Notes: a model not told the origin generated them from the letters alone. A stretch of 64,000 bases of DNA from Myxococcota bacterium (GCA_041687695.1 JAWLBL010000027.1:63021-127020), one strand, 5' to 3'; shown: positions 1 to 10,265, counted from the stretch's first letter. A program made the numbers and translations.

Positions 1-1
1 G

Positions 2-67
2 AACCGCCAGCGGCTCGTCGTGGCCCAGCGCTTGTGGGGCGAAGACGCGCCCGACCTCAAGGCCTGA
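2..67 (+). CDS. 3' end of a gene entering the window (partial, unknown product)
   Basis: Frame 2 reads NRQRLVVAQRLWGEDAPDLKA-TGA with GC-rich third positions and converges on the kinase stop; too short to identify. Confidence 0.35.
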   Translation, partial: NRQRLVVAQRLWGEDAPDLKA

Positions 68-79
68 GGCGACGCCGGC

Positions 80-1132
80 TCAGCGCGCGAGCAGCGTGAT
101 GTCCGTGCGGTCGGCGCCGTCGACCGCCGGGTCGCGGCCCAGCTCGGCCGCGCGCAGGTCGGCGCGGTAGGCGTCCAGCTCGCTCGCGGCGTCGTCCGGC
201 TCCGGCGCGTCGCCGAAGGCGCGCCGGTACAGGGCCGTGAGGACCTGCGAGGCCTGCTCGGCGGGCGCGGCATGGGGCGACAGGCGACGCCCGAGCGCGC
301 TGGCCGACGGCGGGCGGTCGCCGCGGCCCGACGCGAGGCACGCCTGGATGGCGTCGGCCAACCCCTTGGGCAGCTGGGGCGCCCGCTCGCTCAAGGGCGG
401 CACGGCGGCGGCCGCGACGTTGGCCAGGGTCTCGGCGGGCGTGTCCGCCTTGAACAGGCGCGCGCCGGTGGCCAGCTCCCACAGCACCGTCCCCAGCGCG
501 AACAGGTCGCTGCGCGCGTCGAGCGCCTCGCCGCGGACCTGTTCGGGGCTCATGTAGGCGCGCTTGCCCTCGAGCACGCCCGCGCGCCCGGCGCCGTCGG
601 CGTGGCGCCATGCGATGCCGAAGTCGATGAGCTTGAGCAAACCTGCGCGGCCGAGCATCAGGTTGTGGGGCGACACGTCGCGGTGCACGAGGCCCAGCGG
701 CCGGCCGTCCGCGTCGGTCGCGTCGTGGGCGTAGGCCAGCGCCTCGGCCAGCGCGACGCCGATGGTGGCCACCTCGACGGGCGCGCACGCGGCGCCGGTC
801 ACGGCCAGGGCCGTCTGCAGCGCGGCGAGATCGCGGCCGTCGACGTACTCCCACAGCGAGCAGGGGGACCCGTGGATGAGCGCGAAGCCGAAGCCGCGCA
901 CGAGGCCTGGGTGGTCGAGCTGGCGGCCGAGGTCGGCCTCGGCGCGGAACGAGCGCAGCACGTCGGGGTCGTCGGCCAGCGAAGGCAGCAGCCGCTTGAC
1001 GGCCAGGACGCGCGCGCCGTCGCCCTCGGCGCGCCGGGCCTTGAACACCTCGGCCATGCCGCCGATGGAGACGCGGCGAAGCAGCTGCAGCGGCCCGAAG
1101 TTCGGGCGGATCTCGGCGCCGGAGTCGGTCAC
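80..1132 (-). CDS. Hanks-type serine/threonine protein kinase (cytoplasmic)
   Basis: IGGMAEVF glycine loop, LAVKRL, HRDVSPHN catalytic loop, DFGIA, YMSPEQ, SDLFALG. Start moved to GTG at 1132, which overlaps the stop of the upstream small gene. Confidence 0.92.
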   Translation of the reverse strand: MTDSGAEIRPNFGPLQLLRRVSIGGMAEVFKARRAEGDGARVLAVKRLLPSLADDPDVLRSFRAEADLGRQLDHPGLVRGFGFALIHGSPCSLWEYVDGRDLAALQTALAVTGAACAPVEVATIGVALAEALAYAHDATDADGRPLGLVHRDVSPHNLMLGRAGLLKLIDFGIAWRHADGAGRAGVLEGKRAYMSPEQVRGEALDARSDLFALGTVLWELATGARLFKADTPAETLANVAAAAVPPLSERAPQLPKGLADAIQACLASGRGDRPPSASALGRRLSPHAAPAEQASQVLTALYRRAFGDAPEPDDAASELDAYRADLRAAELGRDPAVDGADRTDITLLAR

Positions 1133-1395
1133 GGCGCGCGCCGCCGCAGCCGCGCCGCGACCAGCAACCCGAGCGCGATCACGAGTAGGCCGCGCCCCGC
1201 CCACGCGACGCCGGGCTGCCAGGGCGGCGTCGGATCGCCCGTCGCCTGCGCGAGCTGACTCAGCGCCAGGAAGGCGAAGCCGGCGGCCACGATGACGGGA
1301 CGCGCCCCCTTGCGCCGCCGCAGGGCCAGATAGGCGAAGGCCGCGGCGTGCACGAAGAAGACGGCGGACAGGGCGGCATGCAGGGCCGGGCTCAT
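1129..1395 (-). CDS. small membrane protein (3 predicted TM helices), hypothetical
   Basis: 88 aa with three hydrophobic stretches; fills the gap between dnaJ and the kinase; 4-bp stop/start overlap with the kinase. Confidence 0.6.
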   Translation of the reverse strand: MSPALHAALSAVFFVHAAAFAYLALRRRKGARPVIVAAGFAFLALSQLAQATGDPTPPWQPGVAWAGRGLLVIALGLLVAARLRRRAP

Positions 1396-1420
1396 GGCCC
1401 CACCCGGTGCACGCCCAGGG

Positions 1421-2467
1421 TCACAGGCCCAGCTCGCGCAGACGGTCGATCGCCTTGCGCTGCTCGCGGCTGAGCTTGTCGGGGACCGCGACGTTCAGGG
1501 TCACGAAGTGGTCGCCCTGGCCGCCGCGGTTGAGGCGCGCGACGCCCTTCTTCTTGAGCCGCACGACCGTGCCGGGCTGCGTGCCGGCAGGGATCTTCAC
1601 GCGCTCGGGGCCGTGCAGCGTCTCGACCTCGAGCTCGTCGCCGAGCGCCGCCTGCGTGAAGGTGATGCTGGCCTCGGAGTGGATGTCGGCGCCGTCGCGC
1701 TGGAAGCGCTCGTGCGGCGTGACGTGGATGAAGACGTACAGGTCTCCGCGGCTGCCGTGCGCGCCGGCGGACTCGCCCTCGCCCGACACGCGCATGCGGA
1801 CGCCGTCGTCGACGCCGGCGGGGATGGAGACCGAGACGTTGCGCTTGACGGTCTGGGTCCCGGCGCCGGCGCAGTCCTCGCACTTGTCCTTGACGACCCG
1901 CCCCGCGCCGCGGCAGACCGGGCAGGGGGTCTGGACCATGAAGAAGCCCTGCTGCCGGGTGACGCGGCCGCTGCCGCTGCAGGTCCCGCAGGCCGCCGGC
2001 GACGTGCCCTTCTTCGCGCCCGAGCCGTGGCAGGTGTCGCAGGCCTCGCGCCGGTGGAACTCGATGTCCTTCTTGGTGCCGAAGGCCGCCTCCTCGAGCG
2101 ACAGCTCGAGGTCGTAGCGGAGATCCGCGCCGCGCGCGCGCGCCCGGGTGGCGGCGCCGCCGCCGAAGAGGTCGCCCAGGATGTCGCCGAAGTGGCTGAA
2201 GACGTCCTCGAAGCCGCCCTGGAACCCCTCGAAGCCCTGCCCCTGCAGGCCGGCGTGGCCGAAGCGGTCGTAGGTCTGCCGCTTGTCGGGGTCGCTCAGC
2301 ACCTCGTAGGCCTCGGCGCACTCCTTGAAGCGGTCCTCGGCGGCCGGGTCGTTCGGGTTGCGGTCCGGGTGGTATTGGACCGCCATCTTGCGATAGGCGC
2401 GACGGATCTCGGCGGCGTCGGCGTCGCGCGCCACGCCCAGTACCTCGTAGTAGTCTTGCTTCGTCAT
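1421..2467 (-). CDS. dnaJ: molecular chaperone DnaJ
   Basis: DYYEVLGV...HPD J-domain, G/F-rich linker, four CxxCxGxG zinc-finger repeats, C-terminal substrate-binding domain. Confidence 0.97.
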   Translation of the reverse strand: MTKQDYYEVLGVARDADAAEIRRAYRKMAVQYHPDRNPNDPAAEDRFKECAEAYEVLSDPDKRQTYDRFGHAGLQGQGFEGFQGGFEDVFSHFGDILGDLFGGGAATRARARGADLRYDLELSLEEAAFGTKKDIEFHRREACDTCHGSGAKKGTSPAACGTCSGSGRVTRQQGFFMVQTPCPVCRGAGRVVKDKCEDCAGAGTQTVKRNVSVSIPAGVDDGVRMRVSGEGESAGAHGSRGDLYVFIHVTPHERFQRDGADIHSEASITFTQAALGDELEVETLHGPERVKIPAGTQPGTVVRLKKKGVARLNRGGQGDHFVTLNVAVPDKLSREQRKAIDRLRELGL

Positions 2468-2599
2468 CGCGAAAGAGCCCTGGACAATCGGTATCCCGTT
2501 TGCGTGGCGGCCCCACGACGTGACGTTGGGGGACCGGAACGTGCCCGGGGCGCCGCCCCGCTCACCCGAGGGGCCACCCTACGCACACGCGAGGGAGCG

Positions 2600-3607
2600 T
2601 CAAGCAGGGCGATAGGCCGACAGCCCCAGGATCTCGGCGCCGCCGCGCAGCATGGTGCGCCCGAAGGTGAACAGGGAGATGCCGAAGGCGAGGCCCGCCC
2701 AGCCGTCGGGTGTCCAGACGCCGAGCGCCGCCGGGACGAGCGGGGCGAGCAGGGTCCAGTGCAGCGGCGAGACGACCGAGGCGTCCTGGCCGCGGTGGCG
2801 CAGCAGGATGAAGCGGGCGACGGCGTCGGCGGCGAAGAGGCAGACCATGATGGAGGGCAGCAGGGCCCCCGCGCCGGCCGAGACGTAGCCGCAGGCGCTG
2901 AAGGCGATGAGCATCAGCGGCGCGAGCTCGCCGATGGGGACCCCCTTGCGCTTGACGCGCACCAGGGGCGTCACGACGGCGACGGTGTAGCCGATGATGA
3001 GCGCCACGAGCAGCGCCATGCAGGTGTTGAAGACACCCGGGGTGAAGAGCAGGGTCGCAGGCTCGTCGGCGGCGAAGATGACGACCTCGAGCAGGACCAC
3101 GAGGCTGAGGCCCTCGATCTGGCTGGCCGCGGGGATGACCAGGAACCCGGTGCGGTACTGCTCCCAGAAGGTCAGCATGAAGCCGATGGCGCCCATGACC
3201 ATGAGCAGCGCCATCCAGATGCCGTCGATGCGCAGGATGAAGGCCGCCGTGAGCAGGATGGCGCCGCTGGCGATGCCGTCGAGGCCGTGGTCGAGGAACT
3301 CGCCGAGCGGGCTGCACTGGCCGGTGCGGCGGGCGTGGGCCCCGTCGACGTTGTCCGCCGTCAGGTAGGCGAGCAGGAGGACGCCGCTGACCAGGTACAG
3401 GGCCGGCATCCCGCCGGTCGCCGCCCACGCGGTGACGGCGGCGAAGATGCCGCAGACCTGGCCGGCCAGGGTGATGGCGTTCGGGGCGACCCAGGCCGGA
3501 ATCACCTCGACGAGGCGGTCCCAGAACAGGCGCTTGTAGAAGTGGAGGAGGAGCTCGCGGTCCTCGACCTTGTAGGCGGCGGGCTTGTTCGTGTTCGGCG
3601 TGCTCAT
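2600..3607 (-). CDS. CDP-alcohol phosphatidyltransferase, resembling eukaryotic choline/ethanolaminephosphotransferases (CPT1/EPT1 type)
   Basis: Signature DNVDGAHARRTGQCSPLGEFLDHGLD; N-terminal FWDRLVEVIPAWVAPNAITLAG; about 9-10 hydrophobic helices; ATG at 3607 with upstream GAGGA. Confidence 0.85.
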   Translation of the reverse strand: MSTPNTNKPAAYKVEDRELLLHFYKRLFWDRLVEVIPAWVAPNAITLAGQVCGIFAAVTAWAATGGMPALYLVSGVLLLAYLTADNVDGAHARRTGQCSPLGEFLDHGLDGIASGAILLTAAFILRIDGIWMALLMVMGAIGFMLTFWEQYRTGFLVIPAASQIEGLSLVVLLEVVIFAADEPATLLFTPGVFNTCMALLVALIIGYTVAVVTPLVRVKRKGVPIGELAPLMLIAFSACGYVSAGAGALLPSIMVCLFAADAVARFILLRHRGQDASVVSPLHWTLLAPLVPAALGVWTPDGWAGLAFGISLFTFGRTMLRGGAEILGLSAYRPA

Positions 3608-3794
3608 GGCGGGTCCTCGTCGGACGGGCCACCGGCGGCCCTCGGCAGGCATCCTTTAGAATGGACGCGCCGCCGTGTCCAGAGGGCCCGGCGCGGCGCG
3701 AGAGACGGGCTGAAGTCGAGTCGGCGTGGGGGCTTGGCCCGAGCGGGGGCCGGCCGCTATAGTGCGCGCCCTTTGGCGGGATGGAGGCCGGTCG

Positions 3795-6707
3795 ATGCGG
3801 AGAGTTGGGCGAGCGTGGCGGACGGGACTCGTGGCGCTCGCGCTGGCGACGTGGCTCGGCGGGTGCGGGGACGGCGCGACCGGGGGCGGTGACGCCGACG
3901 CGGTCGAGGACGTCGAGCAGGACACCAAGGGCGAAGAGGTCGACGCGGGCGACGACACGCAGGACGCGGGAGACGACGCGCAGGACGCGGGCGACGACGC
4001 GCAGGACGCGGGCGACGACGCAGGGCCCGACGCCGACCCCGACTCGGAGGGCGACGCCCAGGACGCCTCGCCCGACGTGGTGGACGTCGACGACGCGACG
4101 GACGTGGACGACGTCGACGACGCCGGACCGGACGGGGACGACGACGCCGAGGTGGTGGACGCCGGGGACGACGTTGACGCCGGCCAGGACGCCGAGGCCG
4201 ACGTCGCGGTGGATGTCGAGCCGCCGCCCGAGTGCGAGGCCGACGCCGACTGCGCCGGGACCCCGGGCACGGGGCCGTGCAGGCCGGCGGTGTGCCTCGA
4301 GGGCGTCTGCGCCGCGGGCGAGGCGCTCGCCGACGGGTCCGAGTGCGACGACGGCAACGCCTGCAGCCTGGGCGACACCTGCAAGGCGGGCAAGTGCGGC
4401 GGGACGTCGGCCCTGACCTGCAACGACGACAACCCGTGCACCGACGACTCGTGCCAGCCGGCCAAGGGCTGCGTCTACAAGAACAACTTCGCCGCCTGCG
4501 ACGACGGCGACGCCTGCACGGTGGGCGACGCGTGCCTGGGGGGCGCGTGCATCAGCGGTCCGCAAGCCTGTGACGACGGCAACCCCTGCACGACCGATCA
4601 GTGCGACCCGCAGACCGGGGCCTGCACGAACCTCGCGGACGACGCCCTGCCCTGCTCGGACGGCAGCGCGTGCACGTTGGGAGACGCGTGCGTGGCCGGC
4701 GCGTGCGTGCCGGGCGCGGCCAACGGCTGCGACGACGGCAACCCGTGCACGGGCGACAGCTGCGTCGGCGGGACGACCTGCCAGAACGCGGACCTGAACA
4801 ACGTGCCCTGCGACGACGGCGAGCCGTGCACCGCGACGGACCTGTGCAAGGCCGGCGTGTGCGCCGGCGGTCCGGCGACCGTCTGCGACGACGGCAACCC
4901 GTGCACGGCCGACGAGTGCGTGGACGGGCAGGGCTGCCAGCACACCGTGCTGGTCGGCGCCGCGTGCGACGACGGCGACGCCTGCACCGAAGGCGACCAG
5001 TGCGCCGCCGACGGCCAGTGCGTGGCGGGCCAGGCCATCGCCTGCGACGACGCGAACCCCTGCACCCAGGACGCCTGCGACCCCGCCGTGGGGTGCGTCT
5101 TCACGCCGGCCGAGGCGGTGTGCGACGACGGCAGCGCGTGCACCGAGGCCGACGCCTGCGTGGACGGCGAGTGCGTCGGCGAGGCCCTGGACTGCGACGA
5201 CGCCAACGCGTGCACGCTGGACACCTGCGACCCGCTGGTCGGCTGCGAGCACCTTCCGACGCCCGGCGTCCCGTGCGAGGACGGCGACGCCTGCACCGAG
5301 GGCGACCTGTGCTCGGCGCAGGGCCAGTGCGTGTCCGGTGAGGCGGTGGCCTGCGAGGACGACAACGCGTGCACCGAGGACGCCTGCGACCCGGCCGTCG
5401 GCTGCACGTTCACGCCGCTGGACGTGGCCTGCGACGACGGGTCCGCGTGCACCGAGGGCGACACCTGCGTCGCCGGCGAGTGCGTCGGCGCGGCCCTGGA
5501 CTGCGACGACGACGACGTCTGCACCCAGGACGCCTGCGACCCGGAGACGGGCTGCGAGCACCTGTCGCTGGTCGACGACTGCGACGACGGCGTCGGCTGC
5601 ACGGTCGACACCTGCGACCCGGTGACGGGCTGCTCGAGCGCGGTGTCGGACGCCGCCTGCGGCGAGGGGGAGCGCTGCGACCCCGAGCTGGACTGCGTCG
5701 ACGCGACCGCGCTGGTGATGGTCTCGCGCGTCCTGCTGCTGCCGGCGGACGGCGGCGACGAGGGCGTCGGCCAGTGGATCGAGCTGGTCAACGTCGGCAC
5801 GACGGCGGTCGATCTGGGCACGCTGGTGCTGACCAACGCCGCGGGCGTCCAGGCGATGGTCCATCCGTTGGGCGACGACCCGCTCGCGCCGATCGTCCTC
5901 GAGCCCGGCGAGCGCCTCGCCGGCTTCGACGCCGGCGGCGCCGACTCCGTCGACCCGGCGGACTTCGGCTTCACCTATGGCGTGGCCGACGACGCGTTCT
6001 GGCTGGATCCGGCGGGCGATCTGCTGCTGGTCGGGCTGCCCGACGAGGCGCCGATGGACCTCCTGCCGCTCGAGCCGACGGTCGGCGACGCGCTCGAGCC
6101 CGGCGCCCTGCCGATGGCGGTCGGCTACCCGACCGCGCTGGACGCGGCGGCCTTGGCGCTGGGCTGGCCGACGGCCAACGACTCGGGCGACGCCTGGTGC
6201 GTCCTGCTGCCCCAGCTCGAGGCGCAGGTCGCGGCCGAGGCGCCCGACTGCGCCCGCGCGGTCTTGAACGAGGTCGCGCTGGCCGGCCCCGACGGCGCCC
6301 GCTGGATCGAGGTCCATCTGCCGGCGGGCGGCTGGGCCGACGGGCTGCGCGTGCGCGTGCTCGACGCCGACGGCGCGTCGCTGGGTGAGCACAAGCTCGA
6401 CGGCCGGGTCAGCCCTGGCGACGCCAAGGCGCTGGTGGACGGCGAGCTGGGCGCGGACCTGCCGACGCTGACCGACGGCGCGGTGCAGCTGTGGCGCGAC
6501 GGCGCGCTGCTGGACGTGGTCGGCTTCGGGACCCTGAACGCCTCGGTGGACGGCCAGGACGGTCAGCCGCTGTTCGAGGGGGCGGCGCTGCCGGCCCTGA
6601 CGCCCGAGGCGGGGCTGGCGCGTGTCGTCGACGGCGTCGACACCGACGACAACGAGGCCGACTGGCAGTCGACGGCTGACGGCACGCCGGGGACGCTGGC
6701 GGACTGA
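3795..6707 (+). CDS. large cysteine-rich repeat lipoprotein with acidic linker and C-terminal lamin-tail-like domains
   Basis: Lipobox WLGGC, Asp-rich low-complexity region, many CDDGN/D-x-CT-x-D-x-C repeats, then QWIELVN and LNEV...RWIEVH motifs typical of lamin-tail domains; GGAGG RBS. Confidence 0.8.
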   Translation: MRRVGRAWRTGLVALALATWLGGCGDGATGGGDADAVEDVEQDTKGEEVDAGDDTQDAGDDAQDAGDDAQDAGDDAGPDADPDSEGDAQDASPDVVDVDDATDVDDVDDAGPDGDDDAEVVDAGDDVDAGQDAEADVAVDVEPPPECEADADCAGTPGTGPCRPAVCLEGVCAAGEALADGSECDDGNACSLGDTCKAGKCGGTSALTCNDDNPCTDDSCQPAKGCVYKNNFAACDDGDACTVGDACLGGACISGPQACDDGNPCTTDQCDPQTGACTNLADDALPCSDGSACTLGDACVAGACVPGAANGCDDGNPCTGDSCVGGTTCQNADLNNVPCDDGEPCTATDLCKAGVCAGGPATVCDDGNPCTADECVDGQGCQHTVLVGAACDDGDACTEGDQCAADGQCVAGQAIACDDANPCTQDACDPAVGCVFTPAEAVCDDGSACTEADACVDGECVGEALDCDDANACTLDTCDPLVGCEHLPTPGVPCEDGDACTEGDLCSAQGQCVSGEAVACEDDNACTEDACDPAVGCTFTPLDVACDDGSACTEGDTCVAGECVGAALDCDDDDVCTQDACDPETGCEHLSLVDDCDDGVGCTVDTCDPVTGCSSAVSDAACGEGERCDPELDCVDATALVMVSRVLLLPADGGDEGVGQWIELVNVGTTAVDLGTLVLTNAAGVQAMVHPLGDDPLAPIVLEPGERLAGFDAGGADSVDPADFGFTYGVADDAFWLDPAGDLLLVGLPDEAPMDLLPLEPTVGDALEPGALPMAVGYPTALDAAALALGWPTANDSGDAWCVLLPQLEAQVAAEAPDCARAVLNEVALAGPDGARWIEVHLPAGGWADGLRVRVLDADGASLGEHKLDGRVSPGDAKALVDGELGADLPTLTDGAVQLWRDGALLDVVGFGTLNASVDGQDGQPLFEGAALPALTPEAGLARVVDGVDTDDNEADWQSTADGTPGTLAD
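3942..4022 (+). repeat. 21-bp coding tandem repeat (DAGDDAQ, about 4 copies)
   Basis: GACGCGGGCGACGACGCGCAG units repeated in frame inside the lipoprotein gene. Confidence 0.75.
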
Positions 6708-6762
6708 GGCGCCGAGACGCGGGCGGGGCCCAGGTGGCCCGCCCGCGGCTCCGCGTCAGCCG

Positions 6763-7662
6763 CTACTCGTCGCCCTTGCTGGTGAACCGGTCCTCGCGGT
6801 TCTTGAACAGCACGTTGAAGGTCGTCAGGCTGCCGTAGCAGCGGCTGATGTACTGCTGCAGCTCGACCTTCTCGCCGTCGGCCAGGCTCGGGTTGGCGTT
6901 GATCTTCTGCTCGAGCACGCGCAGACGGTCACGCAGCATGACGATCTTGTGGAAGAACGTCTTGATGGGCAGCGTGACCTCCTTCAGATCGTCGTCGCCG
7001 GGCTGGAGGATGAGGTTGCCGTCCTCCCACTTGCGGCCGATCTCGACCTCCTCGAGGCCGATGTGCTGCTCGACGAGGTCGACGAGGATGGCTCCCAGGG
7101 TCTGACGATCCAAGCTGGCTCCTGCGGGGGCGCCCGAGGCGCCCGAGGCCGACGAGAAGAGGGTCCGGGTCACCTGATCGGTGCTCTCGGACTCGGTGAC
7201 GACGCGCGCGCCGGTGACCGGGGAGCGCTGCGGCGGCGCGGAGAAGGCCGCGGGGCGCTCGGCCGGCCGGGAAGGCGTCAGCACCGGATCGTCGTCGTCG
7301 TCGTCGTCGTCGACGCGCCGGCGCCGAACGACCGAGGCGTGGGGCGGCGTCACCGGGCCGGGGCGCCCGGGCCGCCGGCCGGGGCTGAAGCCGCCGGACG
7401 GGATGCCGCCCCCGCCCGTCGACGCCGCGACGCGGGGCGACGGCTGCGAGGTCGACTGCGTCAGGGCGGAAAAGCCTGGCAGCGCCCGGTACTCGCCGCA
7501 CGCGTAGTCGGTCGCCTCGCGCGAGCCGTTGCGCGGGTAGATCTTGCAGTGCCCATAGACGTCGGGCGGCTCGCCGAAGTCCGAACGGAAGTGTTCGCAG
7601 GCGCTGCAGCGCCCGTCCTTGCGCCAGTCGGTGGCGATGGCGTCGTCGTGGGTCTCGCTCAT
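6763..7662 (-). CDS. hypothetical protein with N-terminal Cys cluster, disordered linker and helical C-terminal domain
   Basis: CSACEHF...GHC...ACGEY N-terminus; C-terminal KWEDGNLILQPG...FFHKIVMLRDRLRVLEQKIN...YGSLTTFNVLF looks like a folded conserved domain; typical codon usage. Confidence 0.75.
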   Translation of the reverse strand: MSETHDDAIATDWRKDGRCSACEHFRSDFGEPPDVYGHCKIYPRNGSREATDYACGEYRALPGFSALTQSTSQPSPRVAASTGGGGIPSGGFSPGRRPGRPGPVTPPHASVVRRRRVDDDDDDDDPVLTPSRPAERPAAFSAPPQRSPVTGARVVTESESTDQVTRTLFSSASGASGAPAGASLDRQTLGAILVDLVEQHIGLEEVEIGRKWEDGNLILQPGDDDLKEVTLPIKTFFHKIVMLRDRLRVLEQKINANPSLADGEKVELQQYISRCYGSLTTFNVLFKNREDRFTSKGDE

Positions 7663-7835
7663 GGGGCGGCAAACTAATCCCGCCCCCGCGCGCGGGCAAG
7701 CGCGTGGCCGACTATGTGCGCCTGGGGACCGCGTGGGGGGCGGCGCGTGGGCAGCGCGAGGGCCCGCAGGGGCGCGCGGAGCCTTTGAATGCTACAGGTT
7801 GACGCTGTCATGGGCGTATGACATAGGGCCACGCC

Positions 7836-9896
7836 ATGTCACGCCGCATGCAGATCATCCGAAACATCGGCATCATGGCCCACATCGATGCCGGCAAGAC
7901 CACCGTGTCCGAGCGCCTGCTCTTCGTGACCGGCCGAGGCCACAAGATCGGCGAGGTCCACGATGGCGAGGCCACGATGGACTGGATGGTGCAGGAGCGC
8001 GAGCGGGGCATCACCATCACCAGCGCGGTGACCACCTTCGAGTGGAGCGGCCACGAGATCCACCTCATCGACACGCCCGGCCACGTGGACTTCACCATCG
8101 AGGTCTCGCGCTCGCTGCGGGTGCTCGACGGGGCCGTGGCGGTCTTCGACGCGGTGGCCGGCGTCGAGCCGCAGACCGAGACGGTCTGGCGCCAGGCCGA
8201 CCGCTACCGCGTGCCGCGCCTCGGGTTCGTCAACAAGATGGACCGCATCGGCGCGAACTTCGAGCGCTGCCTCAAGATGATGGAGCAGCGCTTCGGCGAG
8301 CACTGCGCGCCGGCCCAGATCCCCATCGGGGCCGAGGGCGACTTCCGCGGCTGCGTCGACCTCGTCAAGCAGGTCGCCTACATCTGGCACGGTCACGACG
8401 ACCCCAAGGGCTTCACCGAGGAGCCCATCCCGGCGGACATGGCCGACGAGGCGGCCCTCGCGCGCGAGACCCTGCTCGAGCGCATCGCGCTGGCCGACGA
8501 GGACTTCGCCATGAAGTACCTCGAGGACTCGGACAGCCTGACGGCCGAGGAGATCGGCGCCGCCATCCGCGGTGCCACCATCGCCGGCAAGCTGGTCCCG
8601 GTCCTGTGCGGCTCCGCCCTGCGCAACAAGGGCATCCCGCCGCTGCTCGACGCCATCGTCGCGTGGCTGCCCTCGCCGCTGGACGTGCCCGAGATCGAGG
8701 GCACCGACACCCGCACGGGCCAGCCGGCGCGTCGCCCGCACGATCCGAAGGCGCCGCTGTCGGGCCTCGCCTACAAGGTCGCGGTCATGGAGGACGGGCG
8801 GCGCATGGTCTTCGTGCGCCTGTACTCGGGCACGCTGAGCGCGGGCGACGACCTCCTCAACCCGGCGCTGGGCATCAAGGAGAAGGTCTCGCGCATCTTC
8901 CTGATGCACGCGAACCACCGCGAGCGGAAGGACCGCATCGAGGCCGGCAACATCTTCGGCGTGCTGGGCCTGAAGAAGACGCGCACGGGCGACACCCTGT
9001 GCGCCCCGGACGCGCCCATCCTGCTCGAGTCCATCGACGCCTACGAGCCTGTCATCAGCCAGGCCATCGAGCCGGCGACGCTGCGCGAGAAGGAGAAGCT
9101 CGAGGAGACGCTGACCAAGCTGGCGGACGAGGATCCGACCTTCCGCTGGCGCGAGGACGAGGGCACGGGCCAGACCATCATCAGCGGCATGGGCGAGCTC
9201 CACCTGGACATCCTGACCGACCGCGTCAAGCGCGAGTTCGGCGTCGAGGTGCGTATCGGCCGTCCGCAGGTCGTCTTCCGCGAGACCATCACCGGCAAGA
9301 GCCAGGTCGAGGAGGTCTTCGAGCGCGCCGAGGGCGCCGAGCACATCTTCGGGGCCGTGCGCCTGTCGGTCGCGCCGAGAGAGCGCGGCGCCGGCAACAC
9401 CATCGTCTGGCGCTTCCCGTCGCCCGAGATGCCGCCCGAGACGGTGGCCTGGCTGAACGACGGCATCCGCAAGGCGGTCGACGAGGGCATCAAGCAGGGC
9501 TTCGCGAGCGGCCCCGTGCAGGGCTACCCGGTCGACGACGTCGAGGTCACGGTGCGCTGGCTCGACCACCGCGAGGGCGTGACGAAGCCGGTGGGCTACA
9601 CGATCGCGGCCTCGACCGCGATGCGGCGCGCCATGCGCGAGGCGACCGCCGTCCTGCTGTCGCCCATCGGCAACGTCGAGGTGGCGACCCCGCCCGAGTA
9701 CACGGGCGAGATCATCGGCAGCATCAACCAGCGGCGCGGCCGGATCGAGAGCATGGAGGAGACCTCTCCGCAGCTGTCGACCATCAAGGCCTCCGTGGCG
9801 ATCGAGCAGATGTTCGGCTACGCGACCGAGCTGCGCTCGCTGTCGCAGGGCCGCGCCTCGTTCACGATGACCTTCAGCCACTACGACAAGCTCTGA
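7836..9896 (+). CDS. fusA: elongation factor G, stand-alone paralog (EF-G2-like)
   Basis: [62 protein letters not shown]; not in an rpsL-rpsG-fusA-tuf operon. Confidence 0.95.
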   Translation: MSRRMQIIRNIGIMAHIDAGKTTVSERLLFVTGRGHKIGEVHDGEATMDWMVQERERGITITSAVTTFEWSGHEIHLIDTPGHVDFTIEVSRSLRVLDGAVAVFDAVAGVEPQTETVWRQADRYRVPRLGFVNKMDRIGANFERCLKMMEQRFGEHCAPAQIPIGAEGDFRGCVDLVKQVAYIWHGHDDPKGFTEEPIPADMADEAALARETLLERIALADEDFAMKYLEDSDSLTAEEIGAAIRGATIAGKLVPVLCGSALRNKGIPPLLDAIVAWLPSPLDVPEIEGTDTRTGQPARRPHDPKAPLSGLAYKVAVMEDGRRMVFVRLYSGTLSAGDDLLNPALGIKEKVSRIFLMHANHRERKDRIEAGNIFGVLGLKKTRTGDTLCAPDAPILLESIDAYEPVISQAIEPATLREKEKLEETLTKLADEDPTFRWREDEGTGQTIISGMGELHLDILTDRVKREFGVEVRIGRPQVVFRETITGKSQVEEVFERAEGAEHIFGAVRLSVAPRERGAGNTIVWRFPSPEMPPETVAWLNDGIRKAVDEGIKQGFASGPVQGYPVDDVEVTVRWLDHREGVTKPVGYTIAASTAMRRAMREATAVLLSPIGNVEVATPPEYTGEIIGSINQRRGRIESMEETSPQLSTIKASVAIEQMFGYATELRSLSQGRASFTMTFSHYDKL

Positions 9897-10124
9897 GCGG
9901 GTCACATCGGCCCCGCAGGGCGCGCGTTGCCGGTCAGATGGTTGACCCTCGGCCGCGCGTGTCTCATATCGCATTCGTCGGGCGCGCTCACACGCGCGCT
10001 CGGCCGCCTCGCCCCGCCCGTGCCCCGGACCCGACCGGCGGCCCCGCGCGGCGCCCCCGAGGCCCCGTCTCCCCAGGCTCCTCGCGGTCCGTCGCGAAAG
10101 CGACGCCGGTCAAGCGTTTTCAGT

Positions 10125-10152
10125 TTGACATGCGGAGAGCCCGCTCCATATT
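10125..10152 (+). promoter_or_regulatory. putative sigma70-type promoter
   Basis: Perfect TTGACA followed after 16 nt by CATATT, in a locally AT-richer intergenic stretch upstream of the FYDLN-acid gene. Confidence 0.45.
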
Positions 10153-10265
10153 CAGGCAGAGCGTAGTTGGTCACCGGAGCTGTCCGGGCGCCGCTCACGC
10201 ACGCCGACGTTGCACCAATCTGGGCCCCTGGCCCCTCGTTGAATCGATGCCGTTGGGTGATTGCC

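Noticed and set aside
2562..6392. Very long antisense and alternate-frame ORFs (also 1394..3892, 7619..10276, 10646..13516, 44263..47157 and many others)
   Set aside because: Shadow ORFs expected at this GC content; they overlap genes with clear motifs and are Arg/Gly/Pro-rich without domains.
7799..7830. Sigma70 promoter for fusA (TTGACG)
   Set aside because: Reasonable -35 but no convincing -10 at 16-18-bp spacing.
10108..10121. GGTCAAGCGTTTTC match to the inverted-repeat arm at ~23465
   Set aside because: Only a short match with no extension and no second hairpin arm; treated as chance.
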